Positions 1-9,634 of a stretch of DNA of 48,073 bases are shown one piece after another. Source of the stretch: Bdellovibrionales bacterium (GTDB taxonomy: Bacteria > Bdellovibrionota > Bdellovibrionia > Bdellovibrionales > UBA1609); NCBI GenBank assembly GCA_051011135.1, contig JBPCUO010000037.1:1-48073 (forward strand), read 5' to 3'. The first letter of the stretch is position 1. Each line of letters begins with the position of its first letter. Under the pieces are notes generated by a model. It saw nothing but the letters and a program-made list of their open reading frames with translations. It was not told the origin of the DNA and did not search any database. The translations under genes and the position numbers were made by a program.

Positions 1-339
1 ACTTATACCTGATGGAGCACCAAAGGCTAATCCATCAAATTTTCTACCGGTAAATCCAACACATCCTGAAAAATTACTTTTTGATACAAGCCAACAAGTT
101 TTCTCATCTGATGCTACTTTATCAGCAGTATCTAGACTCAAATCACCTTCAACTGAAATTGTTCCATCTACATTATCGGTTGTACAAGTGTTATAGTTAT
201 TAACAGACATACAAGTTTGATAAGATTTTCTTACTTGATTAACTGTTGATTGGATAACACCAAGTTCCGCTCTATCTTGATACTTTTGATAAGCAGGAAT
301 TCCTACAGCTGCCAAGATTCCAATAATCCCTACGACCAC
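1..339 (-). CDS. type IV pilin-like protein, partial (3' end runs off the window; no prepilin leader)
   Basis: The reverse frame is open from the window edge to a GTG at 339. Translation is (M)VVVGIIGILAAVGIPAYQKYQDRAELGVIQSTVNQVRKSYQTCMSVNNYNTC..., the hydrophobic alpha1-N helix of type IV pilins followed by a Cys-containing variable part. It is a paralogue of 411..773. It is absent from the ORF track because it has no stop inside the window. Confidence 0.55.
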   Translation of the reverse strand, partial: MVVGIIGILAAVGIPAYQKYQDRAELGVIQSTVNQVRKSYQTCMSVNNYNTCTTDNVDGTISVEGDLSLDTADKVASDEKTCWLVSKSNFSGCVGFTGRKFDGLAFGAPSGIS

Positions 340-355
340 AAGTACGCAGTAATAT

Positions 356-384
356 AAAAAAGGGAGTCGCTAAACTCCCTTTTT
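356..384 (-). terminator. rho-independent terminator downstream of the pilin-like gene 411..773
   Basis: Stem gggagt (362-367) pairs with actccc (374-379) around a 6-nt loop. An A-run and a T-run flank it, so on the minus strand the hairpin is followed by T6. Confidence 0.7.
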
Positions 385-410
385 AATCATTTAAGAAATA
401 GTTTTATTAA

Positions 411-773
411 TTATGTATCGCACACTCCAAGAGCAGTGCATTTCTTTTTATTATCATGCTCTCCTGTTGTGTTATCTACGCAGTATGTTTTATCAGATAC
501 ACCAACAGCAACACAAAGATTTCCACCAGATATGCTGACTATTGCGCATGTTCCATCTCCAACATCTGTTGCATCTGCAACATTACAGTTTTTATCTAAT
601 GTATTATTTAAATTACCATCACAAGTACCATCATCGCTAGATCTACAAACCTGAGCAGATTTATAAATTATTTTAGCACTTTGTTTAGCTGTGTTTAAAT
701 CTGCATTATCTTTATATTTATCATACGCAGGGATTGCTATCGCAGATAGAACACCTATTATAGCTACGACCAC
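411..773 (-). CDS. type IV pilin-like protein lacking a recognisable prepilin leader and G|FTLIE cleavage motif
   Basis: The N-terminus (GTG)VVAIIGVLSAIAIPAYDKYK is the pilin alpha1-N helix core. The C-terminal part has 8 Cys. No in-frame ATG or leader lies upstream, because a stop sits 9 codons before the GTG. Confidence 0.6.
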   Translation of the reverse strand: MVVAIIGVLSAIAIPAYDKYKDNADLNTAKQSAKIIYKSAQVCRSSDDGTCDGNLNNTLDKNCNVADATDVGDGTCAIVSISGGNLCVAVGVSDKTYCVDNTTGEHDNKKKCTALGVCDT

Positions 774-912
774 AAGTAGATCATATCAAATTGTTACTCA
801 TCTCTGTTTAGGGTTTGTAAAAAAAGTTTATTACAAAAAAAAGATGTATCACTTTGAGAATAACTTCAAAAAAACTTTGTCAGATTTAAGTCTTGAGTTA
901 AAATTGTAGAGA

Positions 913-1167
913 TTGGTGTCTATGAGTAAATCAAAATTTAAAAACAGTATAAAGTTTAAAACAATAAAAAGTGTTTTGATTGGATTTATTATGGCGATTA
1001 TTTTTGGAGCAGGATTGTTTTTTGGTAAAACAAACTCTTATTCTTATAAAGCCTTATCTTATAGAGCCTTATCTCATAGTGGTGGAACCGATTCTTCTGG
1101 CTGTCATTGTGTAGGCGGTAAAAGCTCTAATGGAAGTTGTCCTAGCGGAAACTATCATTGCCATTAA
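913..1167 (+). CDS. small membrane-anchored protein with a YHYH-like Cys/His C-terminal motif
   Basis: One N-terminal TM segment (VLIGFIMAIIFGAGLFF). The C-terminus HSGGTDSSGCHCVGGKSSNGSCPSGNYHCH resembles the HSGG(T/L)D..G(G/C)H....G.YH(Y/C)H signature of YHYH-domain proteins, recalled from memory. The first ATG is at 922; the track start at 913 is TTG. Confidence 0.5.
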   Translation: MVSMSKSKFKNSIKFKTIKSVLIGFIMAIIFGAGLFFGKTNSYSYKALSYRALSHSGGTDSSGCHCVGGKSSNGSCPSGNYHCH

Positions 1168-1199
1168 TATCTTTATTTTTTGATTTTATTTTTTTAAAA

Positions 1200-1276
1200 T
1201 GGTAGGGGCTGAAGGACTCGAACCTTCGATCCTCCGGTTATGAGCCGGATGCTTTAACCAACTAAGCTAAGCCCCC
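1200..1276 (-). tRNA. tRNA with anticodon CAT (elongator Met or lysidine-modified Ile2; not resolvable by eye)
   Basis: The reverse complement gggggcttagcttagttggttaaagcatccggctcataaccggaggatcgaaggttcgagtccttcagcccctacca folds as a cloverleaf. It has a 7-bp acceptor stem, a D-loop AGTTGGTTA, an anticodon loop CT-CAT-AA, a T-arm GGTTCGAGTCC and an encoded CCA. Confidence 0.9.
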
Positions 1277-1309
1277 TTAAGAGGGTCATAATATTTAAAG
1301 ATAATTGAA

Positions 1310-3109
1310 TCAATTGTCTAAAAAGTTTTTGAGCTTACCAGAGCGACTAGGGTGACGAAGTTTTCTTAAAGCTTTTGCTTCAATTTGACGAATTCGTTCA
1401 CGAGTCACATTAAAATCCTGTCCCACTTCTTCTAGAGTATGATGGCTTTCTTCACCAATACCAAATCTCATACGAAGAACTTTCTCTTCCCTAGGAGTTA
1501 AACTTGCTAATACTTTTCGAGTTTGATCCACTAAATTTAAATTAGAAATTGCAAAAGAAGGATTTACTACATTTTGATCTTCAATAAAATCTCCTAAATG
1601 AGAATCATCTTCTTCCCCTACGGGAGTCTCTAAACTAATAGGCTCTTTTGCAATCTTAAGCACTTTACGAACCTTATCAACGGAGATGTCCATTTTTTCT
1701 GAAATTTCTTCAGGAGTAGGATCTCGACCCAACTCTTGAAAAAGATAACGAGAAGTTCTCACTAATTTATTAATTGTTTCAATCATATGAACAGGAATTC
1801 GAATCGTTCTTGCTTGATCCGCAATAGCACGAGTGATGGCTTGACGAATCCACCAAGTGGCATAAGTTGAAAATTTATAACCTCTACGGTATTCAAATTT
1901 ATCAACTGCTTTCATTAAACCTATATTTCCTTCTTGAATTAAATCTAAAAATTGTAAACCTCTATTCGTATATTTTTTAGCAATGGAAACCACTAGCCTT
2001 AAGTTTGCTTGAACCAATTTAGATTTCGCTTTATCCGCTTCTCGCTCCCCTTTCCACATCTCAGTAGAAACATCACGCAACCAGATTTTATTCATTCTTG
2101 TTTGTTCATTAATTCTTTTTAATCTTAATCGAGCATCTTTTGCAGATATATAAAGTTTTATATATTTAGAAAAAGAAAGCCCAGTCAGCTCTTTCATCTT
2201 TTCTTCTTCTGTACGACTCTTGTTAATTTTATGATAATTTTCTTCCATTGTTACAAAGTCTTTTGATTTTGTTTTTTCTAAAGCCACTGTAACTCTTTTT
2301 TCTAATTCATAAATTCTATTTAAAGTATTGCGAATTTTTAAACTGATTCGATTAATAACTTTTCGGTTAAAGTTTATTTTTTCTAACTGACCTGTCAGTT
2401 GATCATTGTGATATCTTACTTTTTCATAAGCTTTTCGATATTCCGTAGAATCCTTAGAAGATTTTTTAATAATTTCAAACTCATCTTTAACTTGATTATT
2501 GTATTTTTTAACATACTCAACAGTGTCCGTAATCGTTTTTATAAATTCTTCTTCTCCGCTTTTTTGCTCATCCTCTTCTTCTAATCCACGAATGATTGCT
2601 TTAACTTTTAATCTCGATTTTTCTAAATGCTCTTTAAAACGAATCACTTCAGAAACACCTAAAGGACACATTAAAATAGATTTCATAATCTTTTTTTCGC
2701 CCTTTTCAATGCTTTGGGAAATAACAACTTCTCCTTTACGGTCTAAAAGAGAAACACTTCCTATTTTTTTCAAATACAAACGAACAGGATCATGAGCTTT
2801 GCTGTCCGTAGAAACTTTCGTTTCTGTTTCTGAATCTTCTGATTGAGCAAGAAAAAATTCTTGATCGTTTTTGGTTTTCCCACCAAAATGTTGTAAGGCA
2901 ATTTTAATACCTTTTTTCTGAATATTTTGCATCAGTTCATTTAAAACTTCTGGATGAATGATTTCTTGAGGAAAAGACTCATTGAGCTCTCTAGCAAATA
3001 AAATATCTTTTTTAAAAAAACCTTTTGTTTCTAATTTTTTAAATTCACTTAACATCAAATCTTTTTGTTCTTTGAAACTAAGTTTTTTAACAGTTTCTTG
3101 CATAATCAT
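1310..3109 (-). CDS. rpoD: RNA polymerase primary sigma factor (sigma-70)
   Basis: Regions 2-4 are conserved ([54 protein letters not shown]; [30 protein letters not shown]). It lies downstream of dnaG. Confidence 0.97.
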   Translation of the reverse strand: MIMQETVKKLSFKEQKDLMLSEFKKLETKGFFKKDILFARELNESFPQEIIHPEVLNELMQNIQKKGIKIALQHFGGKTKNDQEFFLAQSEDSETETKVSTDSKAHDPVRLYLKKIGSVSLLDRKGEVVISQSIEKGEKKIMKSILMCPLGVSEVIRFKEHLEKSRLKVKAIIRGLEEEDEQKSGEEEFIKTITDTVEYVKKYNNQVKDEFEIIKKSSKDSTEYRKAYEKVRYHNDQLTGQLEKINFNRKVINRISLKIRNTLNRIYELEKRVTVALEKTKSKDFVTMEENYHKINKSRTEEEKMKELTGLSFSKYIKLYISAKDARLRLKRINEQTRMNKIWLRDVSTEMWKGEREADKAKSKLVQANLRLVVSIAKKYTNRGLQFLDLIQEGNIGLMKAVDKFEYRRGYKFSTYATWWIRQAITRAIADQARTIRIPVHMIETINKLVRTSRYLFQELGRDPTPEEISEKMDISVDKVRKVLKIAKEPISLETPVGEEDDSHLGDFIEDQNVVNPSFAISNLNLVDQTRKVLASLTPREEKVLRMRFGIGEESHHTLEEVGQDFNVTRERIRQIEAKALRKLRHPSRSGKLKNFLDN

Positions 3110-3128
3110 AATTTTAACTCCAAATTCC

Positions 3129-4919
3129 TCATTGAGAAATATCCTTTTGACGAAGCTTCTCTTTAGAGAGTTGTAAAATTTTTTCTAATTGTTTCATGTC
3201 TTCGTTTTCTCCCGTTTTCATTTCTGAAATAGTTTGTTGAATTTTTTTAGATCGTTTTTTATTTTCAAGAAAAGCCAGACTATCTTGAAAAACTTTTTCG
3301 ACCTCTTCTTGATCTGCTCCTTTTAATATAAGATAAGAATCTTTAAGTAAAAGAAAATTATCAGAAAATCCTAACTCCATAATATTAGGAAGGATTTTAT
3401 CAAACTCCTTGGATTCTTGTCTACTCATAGCCTCTATTTTTTGGAAAATAGTAATAATCTGTGGAGTTTGAAGCAAGTCCAACCCCCCCTTTTCTGAAAA
3501 TAAATCTAAAAAACTCTGAGAATCCAAACATAATACCAATAACAACCTTTCTGCCTCTAAAGCTCGAGAAAGAGAAAATTTTTCAACCTCTTCAGAGCTT
3601 CTTCTGGGTTTTTCCGAAAATCCTTTTTTTGAAGCCTCTTTGAGAAGTTTATCAAGAACTCTTTCCATAGCTTTTTTATCACTACCAAATAAATCCAAGG
3701 TCCTTTGTTTATAAATCACCCTTAAAGCATCCTTAGAGGTTGCTTTTAAAAAAGGCAGCATCTCTTCTAAAAGATAAACAGAAGACTGCCCTTGGCTTTT
3801 TAATTCCTGAGATTTTCTTTTTAAAACTTGAAAAAACAAATCCTGACTCTTTTTCAAAAGATTTTCCAGATTTTCTTTTCCAGATTCTCTTAAAAAATCA
3901 TCGGGATCTTGTTTATTAGGCAAGCAAATCGTTTTAACTTCTAAAGATTGTTCTAATAAAATAGGCAGGCTTCTTTGTGCTGCTTTTTGACCTGCTTCAT
4001 CTCCATCAAAAATAATAATCACTGAATCTACATAACGCTTTAATAATTTAGCATGATGTTCTGTTAAGGCTGTTCCTAAAGTGGCAACAATATTTTTAAA
4101 TCCTGCTTGCCATAAAGATAGAAAATCTGTGTAACCTTCTACAACTAAAAGTTGACCTTTTTGTCTTAAAGATTTTGCTGATTCATTTAATCCATAAAAA
4201 CATTTTCCCTTATGGAAAATTTTAGATTCCTTAGAGTTAATGTATTTAGGCAGGGAATTTCCTAAAGAGCGAGTCCCAAAACCAATGACTTGTTGGCGAG
4301 TTGAAGTGATAGGAAACACAAGACGATCACGAAAATTATCATAAAGATCTCCATCAGATCCTTTAGATAATAAACCCAGCTGCAAAGCTTCTTGTTGTTC
4401 TTTACTGTTTTTTAAATAATTTTTTAAAGTTTTACCTTTAGGAGCGTAACCTAAACGAAAAACTTTAATAATATCTTGATCATATCCTCTTTTTTTTAAA
4501 TAAGACCAAACCTGAGAACTTTTAGGAAGTTCAAAAAGTTTTTCTTGATAAAAACGACAAACTTTTTCATTAAGCTGAATAAAATTGACAGAAGAATCCC
4601 CCCTTTTTTTATCAAATTGATGAGGGATATCTATGCGAGCTTGGCGTGCTAAATAATGAACAGCATCTACAAAAGTCATTCCTCTTTGTTCTTTTAAATA
4701 AGTATAAATGTTTCCAGATTTTTGACACCCAAAACAATGGTAGACTTGCTTGCTCAACGAAACAGAAAAACTAGGAGTTTTTTCATTATGATCGGGAAAG
4801 GGGCAAAGGCCCATGTAACGATCCCCTTGAGCTTTTAAAGGAATGTCTTCTCCAATAATAGAAATCAAATCAGAAGCTTGTCTTACTTGTTCAATAAAAT
4901 CTTCTGAAAAATATCTCAT
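3129..4919 (-). CDS. dnaG: DNA primase
   Basis: Zinc-ribbon motif [16 protein letters not shown]...[10 protein letters not shown], a Toprim region ([25 protein letters not shown]), and rpsU-dnaG-rpoD context. Confidence 0.95.
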   Translation of the reverse strand: MRYFSEDFIEQVRQASDLISIIGEDIPLKAQGDRYMGLCPFPDHNEKTPSFSVSLSKQVYHCFGCQKSGNIYTYLKEQRGMTFVDAVHYLARQARIDIPHQFDKKRGDSSVNFIQLNEKVCRFYQEKLFELPKSSQVWSYLKKRGYDQDIIKVFRLGYAPKGKTLKNYLKNSKEQQEALQLGLLSKGSDGDLYDNFRDRLVFPITSTRQQVIGFGTRSLGNSLPKYINSKESKIFHKGKCFYGLNESAKSLRQKGQLLVVEGYTDFLSLWQAGFKNIVATLGTALTEHHAKLLKRYVDSVIIIFDGDEAGQKAAQRSLPILLEQSLEVKTICLPNKQDPDDFLRESGKENLENLLKKSQDLFFQVLKRKSQELKSQGQSSVYLLEEMLPFLKATSKDALRVIYKQRTLDLFGSDKKAMERVLDKLLKEASKKGFSEKPRRSSEEVEKFSLSRALEAERLLLVLCLDSQSFLDLFSEKGGLDLLQTPQIITIFQKIEAMSRQESKEFDKILPNIMELGFSDNFLLLKDSYLILKGADQEEVEKVFQDSLAFLENKKRSKKIQQTISEMKTGENEDMKQLEKILQLSKEKLRQKDISQ

Positions 4920-5377
4920 AATTTTTGGAGATGATCCCTGATCATTTGAGATAAAAGCTTAGCATCTGCTCCACCTTTTGCTTTTTCCATACAAGCTTTC
5001 ATGACAGATCCCATCTCTTTCATAGAACTAGGTTTTAACTCCTGAATCACTTTTTCAACCAAGGTTTTTAATTGATCTGAAGAGAGTTGCTCTGGAAGAT
5101 ATCGCTTTAAAACAGCAAGATTGTATTCTTCTTCTTCCGCTTGAGCTTTGTGTTCCTCAGATTGTTTATAACCCTCTATTGATTCTTGAACTTGCTTTAC
5201 CTGTTTTTTTAAAACCGCTAAAACATCTTCTTCTTTTAAAGGCTTAGGGCGCATCTCAATCTCTTTGTTTTTGATACTCGCTTGTAAAAAACGCAAAGCT
5301 TTTAAAAGCTTTTTATCCTGATTTTTTAAACCTTCTTTTAAATCTTTTAAAATTTGTTCTTTAAGAGACATCTTCAC
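4916..5377 (-). CDS. GatB/YqeY domain-containing protein
   Basis: 153 aa with a typical YqeY-like sequence (LKEGLKNQDKKLLKALRFLQASIKNKEIE...). It has the usual position between rpsU and dnaG and a 4-nt overlap with dnaG. Confidence 0.8.
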   Translation of the reverse strand: MKMSLKEQILKDLKEGLKNQDKKLLKALRFLQASIKNKEIEMRPKPLKEEDVLAVLKKQVKQVQESIEGYKQSEEHKAQAEEEEYNLAVLKRYLPEQLSSDQLKTLVEKVIQELKPSSMKEMGSVMKACMEKAKGGADAKLLSQMIRDHLQKL

Positions 5378-5398
5378 CTCTTTTTTACATTACATGAA

Positions 5399-5593
5399 TT
5401 AAGCTCTTCGGCCTATTTTTTTATTTAATCTTTTACGAGCCGCTATTGATTTTTTCTTTTTCACAATACTTGGCTTTTCATAATATTCTCTTTTTTTAAT
5501 TTCAGAAAGAATACCTAATTTTTCACAAGATTTCTTAAAACGACGAAGAACATACTCTAAATTATCTCCTTCTCTTAATTTTATTTTTGGCAT
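5399..5593 (-). CDS. rpsU: 30S ribosomal protein S21
   Basis: [42 protein letters not shown]... The internal ATG at 5593 is preceded by an AAGGGGGG Shine-Dalgarno sequence, so the track start at 5638 is probably too long. Confidence 0.93.
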   Translation of the reverse strand: MPKIKLREGDNLEYVLRRFKKSCEKLGILSEIKKREYYEKPSIVKKKKSIAARKRLNKKIGRRA

Positions 5594-5703
5594 AAAAATC
5601 ACCCCCCTTCCGAAAATCGAGAACCTACTATATAACAAAATCCTCCTTTTTACACAAGACAGCTGAAATTTTATTCATTTAAGGATAAAATTCAAAAAAG
5701 ACT

Positions 5704-6153
5704 ATGGAACAAGATATTTTTTACATGAATCAAGCTTTGAATCTCGCTCAAAAAGCTTTTGAAAAAAAAGAAGTTCCTGTAGGAGCTCTGATTGTAAAAG
5801 AAGGGCAAATACTGGCTGAAGCTTTTAATCAAAGAGAAAATCAACAAAATCCCCTAGGGCATGCAGAATTGATCGCTCTTCAACAAGCCTCCCAAAAAAT
5901 ATCGAGTTGGAGGCTAGAAAAATGCACCCTTTATGTCACCCTAGAGCCTTGTTTAATGTGTTTAGGAGCTATTTTACAATCTCGCATCTCCCGCCTGGTT
6001 TACGGATGTGAAGATTTTAAAACGGGCTTTGATTCTTTTTACCAACTTACAAAATATCCTCAATGGAATTCTAAATTAAAACTAGCTTCTGGATTGCAAA
6101 AAGAAAAATGCTCTGAGATTCTCTCTCAATTTTTTAAAACTCTACGAACTTAA
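5704..6153 (+). CDS. tadA: tRNA-specific adenosine deaminase
   Basis: CMP/dCMP deaminase zinc motifs HAELIAL and PCLMCLGAI. Size is about 150 aa. Confidence 0.9.
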   Translation: MEQDIFYMNQALNLAQKAFEKKEVPVGALIVKEGQILAEAFNQRENQQNPLGHAELIALQQASQKISSWRLEKCTLYVTLEPCLMCLGAILQSRISRLVYGCEDFKTGFDSFYQLTKYPQWNSKLKLASGLQKEKCSEILSQFFKTLRT

Positions 6154-6190
6154 AAAAAAGGTACCCTCGTAGGTACCTTCCTTTTTTTTC
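6152..6190. terminator. bidirectional rho-independent terminator between convergent tadA and recA
   Basis: A8 run, then stem aaggtacc / ggtacctt around a 6-nt loop, then a T-rich run (tccttttttttc). Confidence 0.75.
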
Positions 6191-6207
6191 TAAAATCTAA
6201 TTTTATC

Positions 6208-7278
6208 TTAATGATTTTTAGTTGGTTTTGAATCCGTAGGCTTAGCTTGTTTTGACGGAGCCGCTTCAGGTTGTTTTTTTTCATTCAAAGCTTTCATTAT
6301 TTTATTTCTTAACTCTTTATTATCTTTAATAGATATACGAGCTGTATCACGGCCTTGACCTATTTTTTCATTTTCAAAACTAAACCAAGCTCCTGCTTTT
6401 TGAACAACTTCTGCTTTAACAGCCATATCTAAAATTTCACCAGAATGACTAATTCCTTCATTGTATAAAAGATCAAACTCAGCTCTTTTAAAAGGTGGAG
6501 CCATTTTGTTTTTCACAACTTTTACTAGCGTTCTGTTTCCGATGATTTCTTCTCCTTTTTTCAAACTAGCAATACGACGAACATCTAAACGAATAGAAGA
6601 ATAAAACTTTAAAGCATTTCCTCCCGTTGTTGTTTCAGGATTTCCAAAAACCACTCCTATTTTCATACGAATTTGGTTAATAAAAATCACAAGAGTATTT
6701 GTATTTGATATTGTATAAGTTAATTTTCTAAGAGCTTGAGACATCAAACGAGCTTGTAGACCCATATGAGAATCTCCCATATCTCCTTCGATCTCAGCTT
6801 TAGGAGTTAAAGCTGCAACAGAATCTATAATAAGAACATCAACCGCTCCAGAGCGAACAAGAGTTTCTGTAATTTCTAAAGCTTGCTCTCCTGTATCGGG
6901 TTGAGAGATCAACATGTCAGGAACATTAACACCTAATTTTTTAGCATAACTCACATCTAAAGCATGTTCTGCATCCACAAAAGCCACAACTCCTCCTGCT
7001 TTTTGAGCTTGAGCTGCTGTGCTTAAAGCAAGTGTTGTTTTACCAGAACTTTCTGGTCCATAAATTTCTACCACTCGACCCAGTGGCAAACCTTGAATTC
7101 CTAAAGCGTCATCTAAGCTTAAAGAACCTGTACTAAAAACAGGAACCTTATCATAAAGGGATTTACCTTCTCCCAATTTCATAATGGATCCCTTACCAAA
7201 TTGTTTCTCTATAGAAGAGATCGCTAAATCTAATGCTTTGTTTTTTTCTTTATTATTATTATTTCCAGCTACTGACAT
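6208..7278 (-). CDS. recA: recombinase RecA
   Basis: Walker A motif [12 protein letters not shown]. Canonical RecA sequence throughout ([28 protein letters not shown]). Confidence 0.98.
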   Translation of the reverse strand: MSVAGNNNNKEKNKALDLAISSIEKQFGKGSIMKLGEGKSLYDKVPVFSTGSLSLDDALGIQGLPLGRVVEIYGPESSGKTTLALSTAAQAQKAGGVVAFVDAEHALDVSYAKKLGVNVPDMLISQPDTGEQALEITETLVRSGAVDVLIIDSVAALTPKAEIEGDMGDSHMGLQARLMSQALRKLTYTISNTNTLVIFINQIRMKIGVVFGNPETTTGGNALKFYSSIRLDVRRIASLKKGEEIIGNRTLVKVVKNKMAPPFKRAEFDLLYNEGISHSGEILDMAVKAEVVQKAGAWFSFENEKIGQGRDTARISIKDNKELRNKIMKALNEKKQPEAAPSKQAKPTDSKPTKNH

Positions 7279-7294
7279 TTTTCCTCCTTATTTA

Positions 7295-7798
7295 CTATTT
7301 AACCTCGTCTTGGTATTTCACCTTAGAAATCAGTAAATCTAAAGCAAAAAATGCAGATTGATGCCTGATTTCCTGACGATTTTTTCCCTCAACTTGTTTG
7401 AGGTAACTTTCAGTTGCAAACGGAGAGCTCACGCAAAAAGCAACTTGACCAACAGATTCTCCAAAAGTGCCAGAAGAGGGACCTGCTATGCCAGTTATTG
7501 ACAGACTCCAAGTTGTTTTTAAAAGATTCCTAACGCCTTGAGCCATGTATTGAGCCGCTTCTTTATTAACCACGCCTTTTTCCTTGATGAATTTCAAACT
7601 CAAACCTAGCACTTCTTGTTTCACATCTTCTGTATAGGAAACAACAGAGCCCTTAAAATATCCGGAAGCTCCTGGCAGATGAGTCAGCCAATAAGCGAGC
7701 AACCCTCCTGTGCAGCTTTCTGCTATAGACAAGCTTTCTTGTCTTTTCAAAAGCAGCTCTTGAAGCTTGTTTATGCGCCCTAAAGGCAAGGAATTCAC
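7295..7798 (-). CDS. pncC: CinA C-terminal domain protein / nicotinamide-nucleotide amidohydrolase
   Basis: LSIAESCTGGLLAYWLT and ITGIAGP motifs. It sits immediately upstream of recA. The true start may be the TTG at 7789, which has a GAGG 8 nt upstream. Confidence 0.85.
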   Translation of the reverse strand: MNSLPLGRINKLQELLLKRQESLSIAESCTGGLLAYWLTHLPGASGYFKGSVVSYTEDVKQEVLGLSLKFIKEKGVVNKEAAQYMAQGVRNLLKTTWSLSITGIAGPSSGTFGESVGQVAFCVSSPFATESYLKQVEGKNRQEIRHQSAFFALDLLISKVKYQDEVK

Positions 7799-7926
7799 CT
7801 CGTTATTCTCTGGTATTTTAAAAGGAGAGACAAGTTTTTATAGAAAAGAAGATTTCTTGATAAAAACCTTGGTTTTTTTAAATCATTTCAGTCAATTTTA
7901 GGAGCTTTTCTTCCGATATCTTAAGT

Positions 7927-9126
7927 ATGGCACTGGATCTTTCAAACTGTTTAAAAACTATGGTGGAAAAGCACGCAAGTGATCTCCATTTAAAAGTAGG
8001 AACGCCACCTATTGTAAGAAAAAATAATAGCTTAGCTCTGTTATTTAAGGATCACGCCAACTTAACCCAAAATGATATTGAAAAAGCCATCGAACCCTAT
8101 TTAACAACTTATAACAAATCTAAACTTGTAGAAGATAAACAACTTGATTTCAGTCACGGAATTTCTGGCTTAGGTCGTTTTCGTTTTAATATTTTTTATC
8201 AAAGAGGAACCTTAAGAATTGTAGTTCGTAATATTCCTTTTGAAATTCCTGATTCTACCACTTTAAATCTTCCTCATTCTTTTAAAAAATTAGTTGAAAA
8301 ATATCAAGATGGTCTCATTTTAGTTACAGGAGCGACAGGAAGTGGAAAATCAACAACGGTTGTCTCTATGTTAAACCATATTAACAAAACACAAAGTCGA
8401 CATATTATTACTATCGAAGATCCTATTGAATTTTTAATACAAGATCATCGAAGCTTGATCACCCAAAGAGAATTAGGAACAGATTATGTGAATTATGAAA
8501 TGGCTTTAAAATCCTCTCTTCGACAAGATCCTGATATTATTTTCTTTGGTGAACTTAGAGATAGAATATCTGTAGAAACCGCTTTAAATGCTGCGAACAC
8601 AGGTCACTTAGTGATTAGTACTCTTCATACCAATAATGTCTCCGAAACGATTAACCGAATCTTAGGTATCTTTGAAAGAGGAAAAGGGAAGCATATACGC
8701 ATGCAATTTGCTTCTTGTTTAAGAGCGATCATTTGTCAAAAATTACTTTTGAAAAAAGATAGTTCTGGTTTTATTCCTGCTATTGAAATTCTTTATAATA
8801 ATAAAAGAATTAAATCTCTTTTAGAAGATGAAACCAAAGGTAGTTCTGCACTTTATGAAGCCTTAGAAAGCAGTAAAGAAGGTTGGGAAATGCAATCTTT
8901 CAATCAACATTTAATAGAACTAGAATCTAAAAATCTTATTTCTAAAGAAACAGCTTTGACAGCCAGCAATTCTCCTGACAAATTAAAATTACATTTTGAA
9001 GGTTTCGGTCATGACAACAATCAAGGTCTTAAAAGTAAAGAAGATTTTATCGAAGCATCAGAAGTCCAAGGAAATCTTCCAGACATGGAACAAGCTTTCA
9101 AAACTAAAATCAAAAAAATTTCTTAA
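7927..9126 (+). CDS. pilT: PilT/PilU-family type IV pilus retraction ATPase
   Basis: SDLHLKVG..PPIVR N-terminus, Walker A GATGSGKSTT, ITIEDPIEF, and Walker B/His box (IIFFGELRD, TGHLVISTLHTN). It carries a C-terminal tail of about 50 aa beyond the usual PilT length. Confidence 0.8.
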   Translation: MALDLSNCLKTMVEKHASDLHLKVGTPPIVRKNNSLALLFKDHANLTQNDIEKAIEPYLTTYNKSKLVEDKQLDFSHGISGLGRFRFNIFYQRGTLRIVVRNIPFEIPDSTTLNLPHSFKKLVEKYQDGLILVTGATGSGKSTTVVSMLNHINKTQSRHIITIEDPIEFLIQDHRSLITQRELGTDYVNYEMALKSSLRQDPDIIFFGELRDRISVETALNAANTGHLVISTLHTNNVSETINRILGIFERGKGKHIRMQFASCLRAIICQKLLLKKDSSGFIPAIEILYNNKRIKSLLEDETKGSSALYEALESSKEGWEMQSFNQHLIELESKNLISKETALTASNSPDKLKLHFEGFGHDNNQGLKSKEDFIEASEVQGNLPDMEQAFKTKIKKIS

Positions 9127-9132
9127 GCTGAG

Positions 9133-9561
9133 ATGAAAGATCAAGATCTTCAAAAAACCATCGCAAGCCTTCAAGGACTTTTAAGTCGAAGATCTCATTC
9201 CTTACAAGAGTTAAAACAAAAACTTCAAAAAAAATACTCCTTGGAATTAATAGAACAAGCTTTAGAATATGCTCAACAAAATAACTGGTTAGAATCAGAG
9301 GATGCTTTATCTGAAAAACTTTTGAATTCTCTTCATAAAAAAAATAAAAGTTGGAGATACATCAAAGATTACTTTAAAAAAAAGGGATTACCTTTACCTC
9401 CTTACGACAAAAACAAAGAGCTAGAAAAAGCTCGTCAATGCCTCCTAAAAAAATCCCTCCTTACTCGCTTGGATTCCTTTGAAGTTCAGCAAAAAGCTAG
9501 AAAGACCTTGTTTTATAGAGGATTTGAAGCGGATATTATTCGAGAGGTTCTTTCTTCTTAA
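9133..9561 (+). CDS. recX: recombination regulator RecX
   Basis: 142 aa helical-repeat protein (LSRRSHSLQELKQKLQKK...). It occupies the conserved position just upstream of alaS. Confidence 0.7.
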   Translation: MKDQDLQKTIASLQGLLSRRSHSLQELKQKLQKKYSLELIEQALEYAQQNNWLESEDALSEKLLNSLHKKNKSWRYIKDYFKKKGLPLPPYDKNKELEKARQCLLKKSLLTRLDSFEVQQKARKTLFYRGFEADIIREVLSS

Positions 9562-9634
9562 AATATTTTTAAATCTTAATTTTTAAAAATCAGCCTTTAA
9601 ATTCTTTTTTGTTTCATGTATATTTCTATTTATC

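Noticed and set aside
370-390. The mini-ORF MIKKGV* resembles a prepilin leader (M-I-K-K-G) and is in frame with pilin copy 1 through a TAG. I considered stop-codon readthrough or an alternative genetic code.
   Set aside because: The segment coincides with the terminator hairpin of the upstream gene. The residues after the TAG (RLPFLYYCVL) do not restore an FTLIE motif or the correct spacing. All other genes in the window fit the standard code. It is mentioned under the pilin finding only as a possible relic.
2399-2795. Plus-strand ORFs inside rpoD. The same kind of antisense or out-of-frame ORFs occur at 436..654, 691..909, 2982..3176, 3461..3643, 10091..10327, 11567..11779, 14465..14671, 16946..17197, 17813..18082, 18515..18721, 22996..23322, 28274..28567, 28733..28942, 30296..30644, 32002..32190, 32677..32865, 33902..34102, 36585..36779, 39053..39274, 39866..40153, 40298..40483, 43129..43317, 44265..44534, 45556..45870 and 47354..47635.
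   Set aside because: All lie within or antisense to strongly supported conserved genes. They have low-complexity, Phe/Ile/Lys/Ser-rich translations typical of AT-rich antisense frames, and no recognisable motifs.
7928-7945. TGGCAC at the pilT start, considered as a possible sigma-54 -24 element.
   Set aside because: It overlaps the start codon (aTGGCAC) and has no TTGC(A/T) at the -12 spacing.
6208-9561. recA and recX are on opposite strands and separated by pilT, instead of forming the usual recA-recX operon. I also looked in 7799..7926 for a LexA/SOS box.
   Set aside because: This is a simple local inversion or insertion. I could not find a convincing palindromic SOS box (for example TTAC-N3-GTAA or CTGT-N8-ACAG) in the spacer.
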